From Bradymonadia bacterium (lineage in GTDB: Bacteria > Myxococcota_A > Bradymonadia > UBA7976 > UBA1532), in assembly GCA_046290225.1 (NCBI GenBank), contig JBKAGE010000071.1, forward strand, positions 24,327 to 88,326: 64,000 bases of DNA, written 5' to 3'. Under the pieces are notes generated by a model, which saw only the letters and a program-made list of their open reading frames with translations, ran no database searches and was not told the origin of the DNA. Positions 37,954-48,807 of this stretch are shown piece after piece. Each line of letters begins with the position of its first letter. The stretch's first letter is position 1. The position numbers and the translations under genes were made by a program.

Positions 37954-40900
37954 TCATCTGGGCGTATAGACCTTCTTGATTGTATCGGGCACCAAGGGGC
38001 TCTGCAGCAAGACCGCTCGCCCTGCCTCGGTGAAGTGGACGGACATGCGACTCACATTGGAGATGAAGGGTGAGTTCACCAGCGCCTCAGCACCGCGGGC
38101 ACCGAGCTGAGCGCCCCAGATCGTCAGCGAGCTCAGCGCAGGCATGTGGGTGCGCTCGAAGAACGCGTCGAGGGTTTCAGTCGAGATTGCGCAGTCGCTC
38201 AAGTCGAGGGATCGCAAGCATTGCAAGTGCGCTGTCTCTTCGAACGACACATCTTCGAGCCCGCCCTTGTTGCCATAGAGGCTCAATCGCTCGAGCCGTG
38301 AGAGGTGAGGCGAGCGCGTGACCGCCTGCAGCGCCCGCCCCACTGAAAGGTCACACGACGACAGGTCGAGGCCCTTCAGGTGAGTCATGTGGGGCGCCGA
38401 AGCGAGGGCGTCGATGTCACCCAGTGTGTTTCTCGACAGGTTGAGCTGTTCGAGGGTGTCCAGGTGCTCACTCTGTATCAGGGCGGTGAACGCCTCTGCT
38501 GTCAGCTCGCAGTTGTAGCAAGAGAGCGAGCGGAGATCGGTGAGGTGGGTGCTCTGGACGAGGGCGTCGAAGTCGCCGAGGGGGTCGAAATTGAGGTCGA
38601 GCGTTTGCAGGCCTGGAGCGAAGCTGGCCTTGAGCAGTCGGCTCAGGTCCTCGGAGCGCAGCCCGGACTGTGCGAGTGTGAGGTGCCTGAGCGACGTGAG
38701 TCGCGTGCTTTCGGCGAGGGCACCACAAAGCGTGGAGCCGTTGTTCTTTGTCAGATTCAGTGACTCGAGCGAAGAGAAGTGCTCGGCGCGGTCGAGCAGG
38801 TCGATGTGCATCGTGCCCAGCTTGCAATTCTCCAGTGTGAGGTTTTCGAGCTGCAGATATGAGGCGTTGCACAGTGGGAAGACCACCCGATTATCCACCG
38901 CCTCGAACTTGAGTGTCTTCAGACTGCTCAGATGATGTGCGCGCTCGAAGGCCTGACCCCACGACTGCACATCGAAGTCACATTGGCCGAGGTGCAAGTT
39001 TCTGAGCTCGGTGAAAGGTACCTGCATCAGGGTGATGAGGCTGTCACCGAGGTTCGCCTCGCCATGGATGCCCAGCTTCTCCAGGCTCTTGAGCCAGCTG
39101 GACTGTTTGATGAAGCGTTCGAGATCTGCCGCGCGTAGCTTCAGATTGTTGAGGAACAGACGTCGAAGCTGAATGCGCTCTCCGTGATCACTCAAGAGCC
39201 CCAGGCACGACTTGGGAGAGCTGTAGACGTACACTTCGCTGAGGCGGTCGAGATCAGGCGAGGTCAGGATCGCCCGCAGCTGAGCTGGCCTGCCCTTGAA
39301 TCGCAGGTTGCGGGCCAGAGACAACAGGGGCTCGCCTCGGCCGTCGATACAGCGGTCGTACCATGTCGCGTGTACCTGACGGTCGAACTCGGGCCACGTC
39401 GACAGCATGTCTTTGGCGTATGCGAAGCCCTCGGCGCGCCCCTCTTGCTCTGGCCACTCGGCGAACAGATCGCAGATCCCGTTCCACATGGGGAGTGAAG
39501 GCTCTCCCCCAACCCACCACTGCAGGTCGATCATCCTCGAGCTCAGGCTGCGACCTTCGGGGACCTCGGCGTGCCATTGCCACAAGAACAGCTGGGGCTT
39601 TCCAGCGGTGCACACCCATGTCTGATCTGGCAACTGAGCCAGAAGCTGAGCTTTGGGCACTGGAAGAGTGGCTGTGCCGAGCACCTCGTGGCTGTGCTGG
39701 TCGAGCTCAAGCACAGTGTTGTCGGGACCCTTGGCGAACAGGCGAACACTGTCGGGTGAGAATTTGGCCCCGTCGTAACGCAGAGGGGCGTATGGCTCGC
39801 CTGTGTCTACGCGGATGACGGTTTTGCCGCTGGCCCAGAGGCTGTTGTCGGGCGACAACGTGCCAGTGCTCGTGCCCCAAAGGTGTGGGTCCTTCGTGTC
39901 GTACTGGAAGGTGACCTGCTTGAGCACTCGGCGCGTCGCCATGTTCCAGGTCAAGGCGCCCTGACCGCTCACTGTGAGCAACCGGTCGTGACCAACGAAT
40001 CGGCAGATGTGGGTTTCGAGCCGCACTTTGAAGGTCGACAGCTCAGCATCACTGTCTGCCGCATAGAAGTACACCTCAGTGGTCTTGCGCCTGCGCGGCA
40101 GCGCCGTACACACCACCAACGTCTCACCGTCAGGGGACACGCCCATGCCCATGATTTGATTGCTCGCAGCTGGATATGTCCAGCGCAGGGCTCCAGTGTG
40201 CATGTGGTGTACGTACACGCGTTTTTGGGAGGCGATGTACATGCGATCACCGTAAGCACAGACCGCTGCGATGAGCTCGTAGGGGTGGCTGTCGTCATCG
40301 GGTGCGAGTTCGAGTTCGAACTCGAGCAGGTGATCACCTGTCGCCCGAGACCACATGTGCACGACGCCGTTGATGTCCCAGGTGACGAAGCGGTCGTCGT
40401 CGATCTGAGCTGCACCCTTGATTGTGCAGGCGTGCACTCCACCGTGATCGTCTCGACGCTCACCAGTGTGTGGATCCCAGAGGCGGGTGCGGTCTTCTAC
40501 ACCACTGCTCGACGCCAGTAGATCGCCACCTGGATGCAGGGCGAGAGAGTCGGTGAAGCCTTTGTGGCTCTTCCAGGTGTACTCGAGTCCACCTGTGGTC
40601 GTGTTTCGGCGCTCGATGTGCGCGCCGTGCCCTATCCAGTGGTGCCCATCGCCGCACACGAAGGAGGCATCAGGATCAGCGTCCACCGTCCACAGTAAAT
40701 CGCACGTGGCGACGTCCCAGGCGCGGTGGGTGCTGTCGTGGGATCCCGTGAGCAGGGTGGCGCTGTCAGGCGTGAAGGCCATCCGTCTGATTTCGTCGGA
40801 GTGCCCGGTCAGGAAGCGGGGCTTGCCACCAAAGGGCGCAGACCACACCCGCACGCGCTTGGTGCCGGAGACCGCGATGTGTTGCCCATCGGGTGAGCAG

Positions 40901-41484
40901 ACCAGGGCGATGGGCCGCCCGCGCCCGAGCGGCCATGCCTGAACCTCATCACCGGTGGTGAGATCCAGCAGCTGCACTGTGTTGTTGAAGTCATTCGCGG
41001 CGACGATGACATCGCCAGGATGGAGAAACCATCCCCCCCGATAGGCGATGCCAGGGTAGGCGCGTATGTGGGTCAGCGTGAGATCGTCGGGATCGATCTG
41101 GATGTGGTGCAGGCTGCCGAGCTGATGCGCCAGCACATCGCACCCGTTGGGGGAGACGATGGGGCGGTGGAGAGAGTTGCCCTCGACGCTCAACGACTTG
41201 AGGCGCACACCGCTCTGTGGATCCCACAGTGACATGGTGCCGCCATTGCATGATACGAGCACTCGCCCCCCCAGGGCCCAGACGAGCCCTGCTTCGGTGC
41301 CTGCTCTGAAGCGATGGGTGCCCAAAGGTTGAATGTTGACAGAGGGTGGGGGAGCAGAAGCAGGTGTACGTGGCAACAGGAGCAACCTTGTGTGAGAGTC
41401 GTCGATGGCAGTGAGCGTACTGTGGCGATTCAGCCTGACACCGCGCCCGAGAGGTAGAAGAGCACATGCGTTCGAGCAGAGCAC
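37954..41484 (-). CDS. WD40 beta-propeller + RNI-type leucine-rich-repeat protein (1176 aa), cytoplasmic
   Basis: N-terminal two-thirds has recurring WD-like blades (GHSDEIRRMAFTPDSATLLTGSHDSTHRAWD, ...TRLWDPHTGE..., ...VHMWSRATG...). C-terminal third has ribonuclease-inhibitor-like LRRs (SPHLSRLERLSLYGNKGGLED, LRSLDLSDCAIS, LTSLRHLTLAQSGL). No signal peptide and no NTPase motif seen. Exact start uncertain. Confidence 0.7.
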   Translation of the reverse strand: MLCSNACALLPLGRGVRLNRHSTLTAIDDSHTRLLLLPRTPASAPPPSVNIQPLGTHRFRAGTEAGLVWALGGRVLVSCNGGTMSLWDPQSGVRLKSLSVEGNSLHRPIVSPNGCDVLAHQLGSLHHIQIDPDDLTLTHIRAYPGIAYRGGWFLHPGDVIVAANDFNNTVQLLDLTTGDEVQAWPLGRGRPIALVCSPDGQHIAVSGTKRVRVWSAPFGGKPRFLTGHSDEIRRMAFTPDSATLLTGSHDSTHRAWDVATCDLLWTVDADPDASFVCGDGHHWIGHGAHIERRNTTTGGLEYTWKSHKGFTDSLALHPGGDLLASSSGVEDRTRLWDPHTGERRDDHGGVHACTIKGAAQIDDDRFVTWDINGVVHMWSRATGDHLLEFELELAPDDDSHPYELIAAVCAYGDRMYIASQKRVYVHHMHTGALRWTYPAASNQIMGMGVSPDGETLVVCTALPRRRKTTEVYFYAADSDAELSTFKVRLETHICRFVGHDRLLTVSGQGALTWNMATRRVLKQVTFQYDTKDPHLWGTSTGTLSPDNSLWASGKTVIRVDTGEPYAPLRYDGAKFSPDSVRLFAKGPDNTVLELDQHSHEVLGTATLPVPKAQLLAQLPDQTWVCTAGKPQLFLWQWHAEVPEGRSLSSRMIDLQWWVGGEPSLPMWNGICDLFAEWPEQEGRAEGFAYAKDMLSTWPEFDRQVHATWYDRCIDGRGEPLLSLARNLRFKGRPAQLRAILTSPDLDRLSEVYVYSSPKSCLGLLSDHGERIQLRRLFLNNLKLRAADLERFIKQSSWLKSLEKLGIHGEANLGDSLITLMQVPFTELRNLHLGQCDFDVQSWGQAFERAHHLSSLKTLKFEAVDNRVVFPLCNASYLQLENLTLENCKLGTMHIDLLDRAEHFSSLESLNLTKNNGSTLCGALAESTRLTSLRHLTLAQSGLRSEDLSRLLKASFAPGLQTLDLNFDPLGDFDALVQSTHLTDLRSLSCYNCELTAEAFTALIQSEHLDTLEQLNLSRNTLGDIDALASAPHMTHLKGLDLSSCDLSVGRALQAVTRSPHLSRLERLSLYGNKGGLEDVSFEETAHLQCLRSLDLSDCAISTETLDAFFERTHMPALSSLTIWGAQLGARGAEALVNSPFISNVSRMSVHFTEAGRAVLLQSPLVPDTIKKVYTPR

Positions 41485-42584
41485 GCTTCGAATTCGTCGT
41501 CATGGTGATGCTGTTGATCGTCCTCTCGCTGACTGGCCAGATCGCGCGCACGGTGCTGTGGTCGCACGGGTGGGGAGACTGGGAGGCGCCGTGGTTTTCG
41601 TGGGCCACGTCCATCCATCGAGGCGTCGCACTGATGTACGCCATCCCCTTCGCGGTCAAGTGGCTGCCCGTTTTACTTTATGCCCCACCTGAGGCCCAGG
41701 CCGGCCCATTGAGGCGGGCCCTCGCCCGAGGCTCCACGATCTGCTTCCTCGGCGCTCTGGTGTGCACGGTGCTGGCGCATACCGTGGCCAGCATATGGTT
41801 TTGCCTGTTCTTGCCCCTCATGGCGATGAGCATCAGCCTGGAACTCTATGTATGGATCAGCGCCTTGCAGCGGGCGGGCATGACCTTGCGCCACCCCATT
41901 GTCTGGGGCGTTTTAGGCTCGACCTTTGCCACACTGTGGTTTCTCGTGCCGCCCTCGGTGCTCTGTATCAAGCTGCTTCTGACGGATGTGCTGAACATCG
42001 ACGAGCGCGCCTTGCTCACATATGGCATGGAGACGCTGACGTTCTCCTGGTGGGCTGCCTATGCGATGACCGCGCCGTTGCTGGCAGGGCTCGCAGTGAG
42101 TCTCGTGTCACACACAACGCGCCACAAACACATCATGTGGTGGATCGCTCTCCCAATGGCCTTGAGTGCTTTTGTGCCTCTCTTTCTGGGCGCGCTCATG
42201 GGCACGCTCGGGCGTGGGGCACTCATCGATACATACGCCACCGTCGCGGTGCGGCATGGCACGATCCTGAGCGTGATCGGCCTCAGCGGCCTGATCGTGG
42301 CGCTGCCCCAGCTGAGTCGAGCGTCTCAGGCCAGTCTTGCCTTCTGGGTCGTCGGCAGCACCCTCGCCGTGTGCTTGAGCGAGACGTGGCTGGGCTTCAA
42401 TGGCATGTCTCTGGGTGAGCCAGATGTTCAGCCACAGTTCGAGCATATGCACCGCGTAGCGGGTGTGAGCCACTGGGCACTCGTCGCTGGATGGTGTGTG
42501 ATGTTGCCCCTGGTGTGGCGGGGGGTCAGGCGGGGACTCAAGGGGCATGACCCGGACATGAACCGGGCTGGTGTGTTCGATTGA
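41466..42584 (+). CDS. Hypothetical polytopic integral membrane protein (Trp-rich, 10 or more TM helices), divergent from the WD40-LRR gene
   Basis: Hydrophobic helices throughout (VMVMLLIVLSLTG, ICFLGALVCTVLAHTVASIWFCLFLPLMAMSISL, ...). No recognisable family motif. Confidence 0.55.
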   Translation: MRSSRARFEFVVMVMLLIVLSLTGQIARTVLWSHGWGDWEAPWFSWATSIHRGVALMYAIPFAVKWLPVLLYAPPEAQAGPLRRALARGSTICFLGALVCTVLAHTVASIWFCLFLPLMAMSISLELYVWISALQRAGMTLRHPIVWGVLGSTFATLWFLVPPSVLCIKLLLTDVLNIDERALLTYGMETLTFSWWAAYAMTAPLLAGLAVSLVSHTTRHKHIMWWIALPMALSAFVPLFLGALMGTLGRGALIDTYATVAVRHGTILSVIGLSGLIVALPQLSRASQASLAFWVVGSTLAVCLSETWLGFNGMSLGEPDVQPQFEHMHRVAGVSHWALVAGWCVMLPLVWRGVRRGLKGHDPDMNRAGVFD

Positions 42585-42596
42585 GCGAACCAGCCT

Positions 42597-44930
42597 TCAG
42601 CGGTGCAGGTCGAAGCGGTCAGCCTGCATGACCTTGGCCCAGGCGGCGACGAAGTCCTCGGCGAAGGCCTGCTCGGCGTTGGCGTAGCTGTAGTGCTCCA
42701 CCAGGGCCCGGAGCTCCGAGTTCGAGCCGAAGACGAGATCCACCTCCGTGGCCGTCCACTTCACCTTGCCGTCGGCGCGCCCTTCGAAGATCGCAGGATC
42801 AGAGGCTGAGGGGGCCCAGCGCACCGCGCGGTCGGCCAGGTTGATGAAGAAATCGTTCGACAAGGTGCCTGGGCGATCGGTGAGCACCCCGTGCTTTGAG
42901 CCGCCAGCGTTGGCGTTCAGAGCCCGCATACCGCCCACGAGGACCGCCATCTCGGGCACGGTCAGGTCGAGCAGATCTGCCTTCTCGATGAGGGCCGCCG
43001 AAGGGGAGCGCAGGGCCTTGGCGCTGCGGTAGTTGCGGAACCCGTCCGCCCGAGGCTCGAGGTAGCTGAAGGACTCTACGTCGGTCTGATCCTGGCGGGC
43101 GTCGGCACGGCCGGGGACGAAGGGCACCTTCACCTTGCCGCCAGAGGCTTTCTCGATGGCTGCGGCCCCGCCGAGCACGATGAGATCAGCCAGAGAGATG
43201 CGAGTGCCATCGGCCTGAGCGTCATTGAAGGTTTTCTGAACGCCCTTGAGTGCACCGATGACCTTGGACACCTCCGCGGGGTTGTTCACCGCCCAGTCTT
43301 TCTGGGGGGCGAGGGCGATCCGAGCGCCATTGGCGCCGCCGCGGCGATCGGTGGCGCGGTAGCTCGAGGCCGAGGCCCAGGCGGTGCGCACGAGCTCAGG
43401 TACGGAGAGGCCCGTGGCGAGCACCTTGCCCTTGAGGGCGGCGATGTCAGCGGCATCGACGAGGGGGTGCTTCACCTCCGGCACCGGGTCCTGCCAGATG
43501 AAGCTCTCCGAGGGCACGTCGTTGCCCAGGTAGCGTGCCTTGGGGCCCATGTCGCGGTGGGTCAGCTTGAACCATGCCTTGGCGAAAGCCGCCTCGAAGG
43601 CCTTCGGATCATCTTTGAAGCGCTTGGAGATCTCCTGGTACTTCGGGTCCATGCGCATGGACAGATCGGTGGTGAACATCATCGGCGCGTGGCGCTTCTT
43701 CGGGTCATGGGCGTCGGGCACCATGTTCGCCGCCGCGGGGTTGGTGGGCTTCCATTGTGTTGCCCCAGCAGGGCTCTTTGTCTTCTCCCACTCGAAGGCG
43801 TAGAGGTTGCCCAGGTACTGATGGGTCCACTGAGCCGGTGAAGAGGTCCAGGCACCCTCGAGGCCGCTGGTGACTGTGTCTTCGGCGTTGCCCTTGCCAC
43901 ATTTGCTGTGCCAGCCCATGCCCTGGGCTGCGACGCCCTCGCCGGCGGGCTCCACGCCGACGCACTCTTCGGGCTTGTGGGCGCCATGGGCCTTGCCGAA
44001 GGTGTGACCGCCGGCGATGAGGGCCACCGTCTCCTCGTCGTCCATGGCCATGAGGCCGAAAGTGGTGCGGATGTCGTGGGCGGCGGCCATTGGGTCGGGG
44101 GTGCCGTTGGGCCCTTCGGGGTTCACGTAGATCAGCCCCATCTGCACCGCCGCCATGGGGTGAGCGAGCTCGCGCTTGCCGTGGTAGCGCTCGTCGGCCC
44201 CCATCTTGTGCTCGGGGCCCCAGTACACGAGATCAGCCTCCCAGTCGTCTACGCGGCCGCCGGCGAAGCCGAGGGTCTTGAAGCCCATCTCCTCCATGGC
44301 CACGTTGCCGGCGAGGATCATCAAATCTGCCCACGAGATGTTGCGCCCGTACTTCTGCTTGATGGGCCAGAGCAAGCGCCGGGCCTTGTCGAGGTTGGCG
44401 TTGTCGGGCCAGCTGTTCAGGGGCTCGAACCGCTGCTGACCACCATCGGCGCCGCCGCGGCCGTCGGTGACCCGGTAGGTGCCGGCGCTGTGCCATGCCA
44501 TGCGAATGAAGAGAGGGCCATAGTTGCCGAAGTCTGCAGGCCACCACTCTTGGGAGGTGGTGAGGGATTTGGCGATGTCCTTCTTGAGGGCCTCCATGTC
44601 GAGGTCCGCGAAAGCCTTGGCGTAGTCGAACTGACCTTGGGTGGGATCAGACAAAGGTCCGTTGTTGCGCAGGGGACCGAGATCGACGCTCTTGGGCCAC
44701 CAGTCCCGGTTGCTCTTAGGGGTGAAGTCGCTTTTGCGCTTCGCGTGGTCGTAGCCCGGTCGGCCATGCGCACCCTGGACTGCCTTGTCTTCCGTACTCT
44801 TTTCGGGTGTTTGGGCGGCAGGAGTTGGCTTGGCGTCCGCCACAGAGGTGGTGCCCTGACCACAGGCTGTGAGGCTGCCCGCTGCTGCGAGGGCGAGGAA
44901 TACAGAGGTACGGTTCGAAGTGGACATCAT
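42597..44930 (-). CDS. katG: Catalase-peroxidase KatG with lipoprotein signal (exported)
   Basis: Unmistakable KatG blocks: [24 protein letters not shown], duplicated peroxidase domains, [19 protein letters not shown]-terminus [25 protein letters not shown] (lipobox LTAC). Confidence 0.9.
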   Translation of the reverse strand: MMSTSNRTSVFLALAAAGSLTACGQGTTSVADAKPTPAAQTPEKSTEDKAVQGAHGRPGYDHAKRKSDFTPKSNRDWWPKSVDLGPLRNNGPLSDPTQGQFDYAKAFADLDMEALKKDIAKSLTTSQEWWPADFGNYGPLFIRMAWHSAGTYRVTDGRGGADGGQQRFEPLNSWPDNANLDKARRLLWPIKQKYGRNISWADLMILAGNVAMEEMGFKTLGFAGGRVDDWEADLVYWGPEHKMGADERYHGKRELAHPMAAVQMGLIYVNPEGPNGTPDPMAAAHDIRTTFGLMAMDDEETVALIAGGHTFGKAHGAHKPEECVGVEPAGEGVAAQGMGWHSKCGKGNAEDTVTSGLEGAWTSSPAQWTHQYLGNLYAFEWEKTKSPAGATQWKPTNPAAANMVPDAHDPKKRHAPMMFTTDLSMRMDPKYQEISKRFKDDPKAFEAAFAKAWFKLTHRDMGPKARYLGNDVPSESFIWQDPVPEVKHPLVDAADIAALKGKVLATGLSVPELVRTAWASASSYRATDRRGGANGARIALAPQKDWAVNNPAEVSKVIGALKGVQKTFNDAQADGTRISLADLIVLGGAAAIEKASGGKVKVPFVPGRADARQDQTDVESFSYLEPRADGFRNYRSAKALRSPSAALIEKADLLDLTVPEMAVLVGGMRALNANAGGSKHGVLTDRPGTLSNDFFINLADRAVRWAPSASDPAIFEGRADGKVKWTATEVDLVFGSNSELRALVEHYSYANAEQAFAEDFVAAWAKVMQADRFDLHR

Positions 44931-45211
44931 CTCTCCTACATCAGGGGGGGGGCGTGTGTGCCTCTGATGTAGAGCGAGGGGCGTGCCAGCTTTCGGTGGA
45001 AGGCTGCGGAGATGTGTCTTTGGCGGGTATGTTTCTGTTTTACAAAGAGAAGGTAGGGCTGTGTGTGTGAGGCATGTAATTGAAGGCTGGAACGATATTT
45101 CGGTGGGGGTGGAACGCTATATCGTTGAGAGCGATATGTCGTGCATTTGTGCATGCAGGTCAGGCGATGTGAGAATGCCCTGAGGCACACTTGGGCTTCA
45201 CATGCGCTGCA

Positions 45212-48200
45212 TCATGCCCGGAGCGAGCTTCGGGGGATCTCGACTTCGATCTTCTCGACGCGCGCGTCGCGTTTGAAGATGTGCCCGCTGTCGACTGCAC
45301 TCAGAGAGGTGCCAGCGAGAGTCTCTTCACCACCAGAGGTGCGGGTGATGGTGATCCGGGCTGTGTCACCCAGGCGATAGCAGATCGGCACCTGGCAGAC
45401 CGTGAAGCCCAGAGACTCTGCTGGGAGATCCCACGTGCGCTCTCGACCCTCGAGATCGATGTAGTGGAACGTCTCCGGGACCTCGATGAATTCCGACCGG
45501 TGTAGCAGTGTGGGCTGGAACCGCAGACATGCGTCGACGATGTCTACGCCCAACTCGCCCCAGCGCGTGATCACTTCTTCCTTCACCTGGCCTGTCATCC
45601 CCGGCTGCTGCGCGCCCAGATGACGGGGTGAGTGAGAGTATGGATCCGTGGGGATCGCCCCGAAGACTTCGGGGGTCTTGGTGAAGCCCAACCCCAGGCG
45701 GATGTCGTCGTAGGCTGCAGCGAGGGCCTCGGCATGCTCAGGCGCTGCGCTCTGGTAGCATTCCTGCACCGCCAGCAGCAGCTTGGCCACCATGTGCCAG
45801 TAGATGCTGCCGAGCCCTTCGAAGGCGAAGAAGGTGCTGCTGCGCCCTGTGAAGGCCCGGTGATTGAAGACCTGCTCCCAGAGGTCGAGCACCGCCTCGC
45901 GCTCCTCAGGGGTGGCGTCGAAGTCGTCGAGGCGGGCCTCCACATCTCGGGCGCTGGTCATGTCACCTTGAAAGTGCACATCGCCATGGGCATCGCGGAG
46001 CACCAGCAGTCGATCGCCGACGTCGAGCAGTCGCTTCAGCAAGGGCACCTGCTCGGCGGCCCCCTGAGGGAGGGTGTTTCGCTCGAGGAAGGGGGTGAGC
46101 GTCTGATCGGGGTACAGCAGATAGCTGTGCTGATCAGCCCGGTACAGATCGCTCTTGCGCATGGCCTGGAGCAGCTCGATCACCTCAGCTTCGGGGAGCA
46201 AGCCCGCGCTCAAGATCGCCACCTGGCCTTCGAGCATCTCCGCGAGGTGCCGCACGATGAGGCCGTCGGGGGTGACCTCGAGGGTGTTGTACGCGTGGTA
46301 CAGGCCGTCCTCACGCCGGTTGGCGCGGATACAGTCGTCGATGGCCCGGGTGGCGTGGTCGAACAGGTTGAGCACGTGGGTGAGTGGCACCCGGGCGGGC
46401 TGACCGAGGCTGCGGGCATAGACATGGCCGCGATAGGCCTCACCGGCGCGGCCGAGGGCTTCGAAGGTCATCGCCGGGGTGGCCTCAGCGTCGCTCAGGG
46501 CCGCGCTCACTTCGTAGAGCAGGCCAGCGAGTGGTGCCGAGAGCTCGAAGACCAGTACACCGGCCTGTTCGAAGAGCGGCCGGCAGAAGGCCAGATAGCG
46601 GCGGATGTAATACACCGTCACCATCGAGAGGCCCCAGCCGGCGAGGGCGTTGTTGGCGTCGTTCCATTCGGGCCGCTGGGTGTTCAGCCAGATGCCGCCA
46701 CCAGGCACGAAGTTGGTGAGCTTCGCCAGCAGCGGCACCAGCAGCTTCTCGGCGAGGGTGGCCAGCACCACCTCTCCGGCCCCTGCTTGGAGCAGCTTGC
46801 CGTCGCCCCCTTGCTCTGCAGCCCGGGCCATGAGGGCCTCGTGGCGATCCATGTTGAAGTGGATGCTCTGGCGTGGGTCAGCCACCAGAGCATCGAAGCC
46901 GGCGATCTCGTAGGGCACCTCGGCGTAGGCATAGGCCCGTCGACACAGCTCGGCGGCGAGGCGCCCGGGGTGGTAACGGGCGTCGGCTTCGAGCAGACGC
47001 AGCAAGTAGATGATTTGATGATCGCCCCAGTACCCGATGCCGCCCCACTCGTCGTCAGGCTCGAGGACCTCCCAGTCGATGCCCTCTCGGGTCACGCGGT
47101 AGGGGTTGTAGCCGTCGGCAGTGCTGGCGTTGAGGAACACTGAGATCATGTGAGGCAGCCAGCTGGGGTAGCTGGCGGCGAGGGCTTCCCAGTTCTGGAA
47201 GATGTCTCGCCAGTTGCCCTCGTAGGTGTACCGCGCCCGGCCCTGCTCATCTTTGAGACGGATGGCGAACAGGTTCCACGGGCGGCTGGGATCACCGTGT
47301 CGACGGCTAAAGGTCAGCGGCAGATATTCTGCAGCGAGTCGCTGTAGCTGCGGATCTCCATGACCTTCGAGGAACCCCCGGAGCGTGTCGAGGTCGAGGG
47401 GATCGGGCAGCGCCGCGAGATCGCTGGCGTACCGCGTGGCCACGGCGAGGTTGCGGCCCTCGAGGAACTGCAAAAAGTCGCCTCGAGGGAATGCATATCC
47501 GGCGTCGAAGGTGCCTCCGCGCATGCAGTTGAACAGCACATTGGAGAAGTGGTGCACGCTGGTGTAGCGGTCGGCGGTGTGCTGCAGCCCGTCAGCAAAG
47601 GCGATGCGATCGCGCAACCCGCGGCGGTTGGATTCCACTGCCCGCGTCACACGATCGAAGAGGGCCCCAGGCTCAGCAAGCTCGCCCTTGAGCTGGACCA
47701 GCGCCGTATGATCGAGCTCGGTATCGGCGACGTGCAACCACGTCTTCGTCGCCCCAGGAGCGAGGGTGATCGTGTCAGCGATCAAGCAGGCGCCGGGGGC
47801 ACCGCGGATCTCGAACTCGTCCTCCACCGGTTGTCCGTATCGGAACTGAGTCAGCTGCTGAGTGGAGAGCAGCACCGTGGGGTTGTCGTGGCCCAGAGAC
47901 CAGCCCACCGCGGCCCGCAGAGACTCGGAGGGCTCGGCGAGGTCGGTGAGCCGGGCGTTGAGCGTGTAGATGCCCAGGGGCAAGCCCGGGGCCCGCTCGT
48001 GGCGCATGTAGGCCGCGGCGAGGTAGCTCAGCTGCGACATCATGCGGGTGCTCAGGCTTGGTGGGTACAGCTGGTGCCAACCGTCGAGGTAGCGGATCTC
48101 CACAGGATCCCCAGAGAGGTTGTCCACATGGCAGAAGCGCACGATGCCGTAGATGTCACTGGTGGTGAGCTCGGTGCGCACCCGCAGGCCGAGGTCGAGG

Positions 48201-48616
48201 TTGGTCTCCTCGTACACCACAGATGTGCCATGTACGTGCTTGTAGAGATTGCGCTGGAGTGCATAGGCCCGGCCGCTCTCCTGCCAGGGCTCCCAGAGCG
48301 ACCACCCACCTGCTCGGCGGATCAGCAGCGAGGTCCGGGCCCCCATGGAGTCGGGGCGCTCGAGAATGCGATCCACGGTCAGATAAGGGAACAAGGCACT
48401 ATCAGGCTTTACGCGACCTGCGACGAAGGCGCCGTTGCTGCCGGCGAAGAGCCATGGATCCCCATCGCTCACGATGCTCATGAAGAATGCGGGCATGGCG
48501 TCGATGTTCGAGACGCGCAGGTAGGGCTGGCCATCGAGATCGACGAGATCCCAGCCGATCTCCTGATCGGGCGAGTGGAAGGGGGTGCTGCCCAGGAGGA
48601 CGGGGTGTTGCTTCAT
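45212..48616 (-). CDS. Large cytoplasmic hypothetical protein (1134 aa) with a putative (alpha/alpha)6-barrel glycoside hydrolase/phosphorylase-like C-terminal region
   Basis: Segment GGGIWLNTQRPEWNDANNALAGWGLSMVTV resembles the acid-catalyst loop ((D/E)-W-N-D ... N ... W) of trehalase/GH63/GH94-type six-hairpin enzymes. The rest is unassigned. Strong antisense ORFs on the plus strand were rejected. Confidence 0.55.
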   Translation of the reverse strand: MKQHPVLLGSTPFHSPDQEIGWDLVDLDGQPYLRVSNIDAMPAFFMSIVSDGDPWLFAGSNGAFVAGRVKPDSALFPYLTVDRILERPDSMGARTSLLIRRAGGWSLWEPWQESGRAYALQRNLYKHVHGTSVVYEETNLDLGLRVRTELTTSDIYGIVRFCHVDNLSGDPVEIRYLDGWHQLYPPSLSTRMMSQLSYLAAAYMRHERAPGLPLGIYTLNARLTDLAEPSESLRAAVGWSLGHDNPTVLLSTQQLTQFRYGQPVEDEFEIRGAPGACLIADTITLAPGATKTWLHVADTELDHTALVQLKGELAEPGALFDRVTRAVESNRRGLRDRIAFADGLQHTADRYTSVHHFSNVLFNCMRGGTFDAGYAFPRGDFLQFLEGRNLAVATRYASDLAALPDPLDLDTLRGFLEGHGDPQLQRLAAEYLPLTFSRRHGDPSRPWNLFAIRLKDEQGRARYTYEGNWRDIFQNWEALAASYPSWLPHMISVFLNASTADGYNPYRVTREGIDWEVLEPDDEWGGIGYWGDHQIIYLLRLLEADARYHPGRLAAELCRRAYAYAEVPYEIAGFDALVADPRQSIHFNMDRHEALMARAAEQGGDGKLLQAGAGEVVLATLAEKLLVPLLAKLTNFVPGGGIWLNTQRPEWNDANNALAGWGLSMVTVYYIRRYLAFCRPLFEQAGVLVFELSAPLAGLLYEVSAALSDAEATPAMTFEALGRAGEAYRGHVYARSLGQPARVPLTHVLNLFDHATRAIDDCIRANRREDGLYHAYNTLEVTPDGLIVRHLAEMLEGQVAILSAGLLPEAEVIELLQAMRKSDLYRADQHSYLLYPDQTLTPFLERNTLPQGAAEQVPLLKRLLDVGDRLLVLRDAHGDVHFQGDMTSARDVEARLDDFDATPEEREAVLDLWEQVFNHRAFTGRSSTFFAFEGLGSIYWHMVAKLLLAVQECYQSAAPEHAEALAAAYDDIRLGLGFTKTPEVFGAIPTDPYSHSPRHLGAQQPGMTGQVKEEVITRWGELGVDIVDACLRFQPTLLHRSEFIEVPETFHYIDLEGRERTWDLPAESLGFTVCQVPICYRLGDTARITITRTSGGEETLAGTSLSAVDSGHIFKRDARVEKIEVEIPRSSLRA

Positions 48617-48807
48617 GACGTGCCGTGAATCAGGGGGTTTCGAGGTCGAGGCCGCGGCGGCCGGGACGACACCTGTGTGGTGCGAACATGCCTCATGATG
48701 CGGGAGAGCACGCTGTCACTCAAGGTGTTGTTTGCATTGATGATCCCGTGACCCGAGATGGTCCACGTCTCGATCTGGTGTGCCCTCGATATGTACGGTT
48801 TTTTGCA

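Noticed and set aside
43908-44972. 354-aa plus-strand ORF
   Set aside because: Antisense to katG.
45632-48628. 503-aa and 422-aa plus-strand ORFs
   Set aside because: Antisense to the 1134-aa minus-strand gene, which is uninterrupted over 3.4 kb. The plus ORFs are Gly/Ala/Val/Arg-rich.
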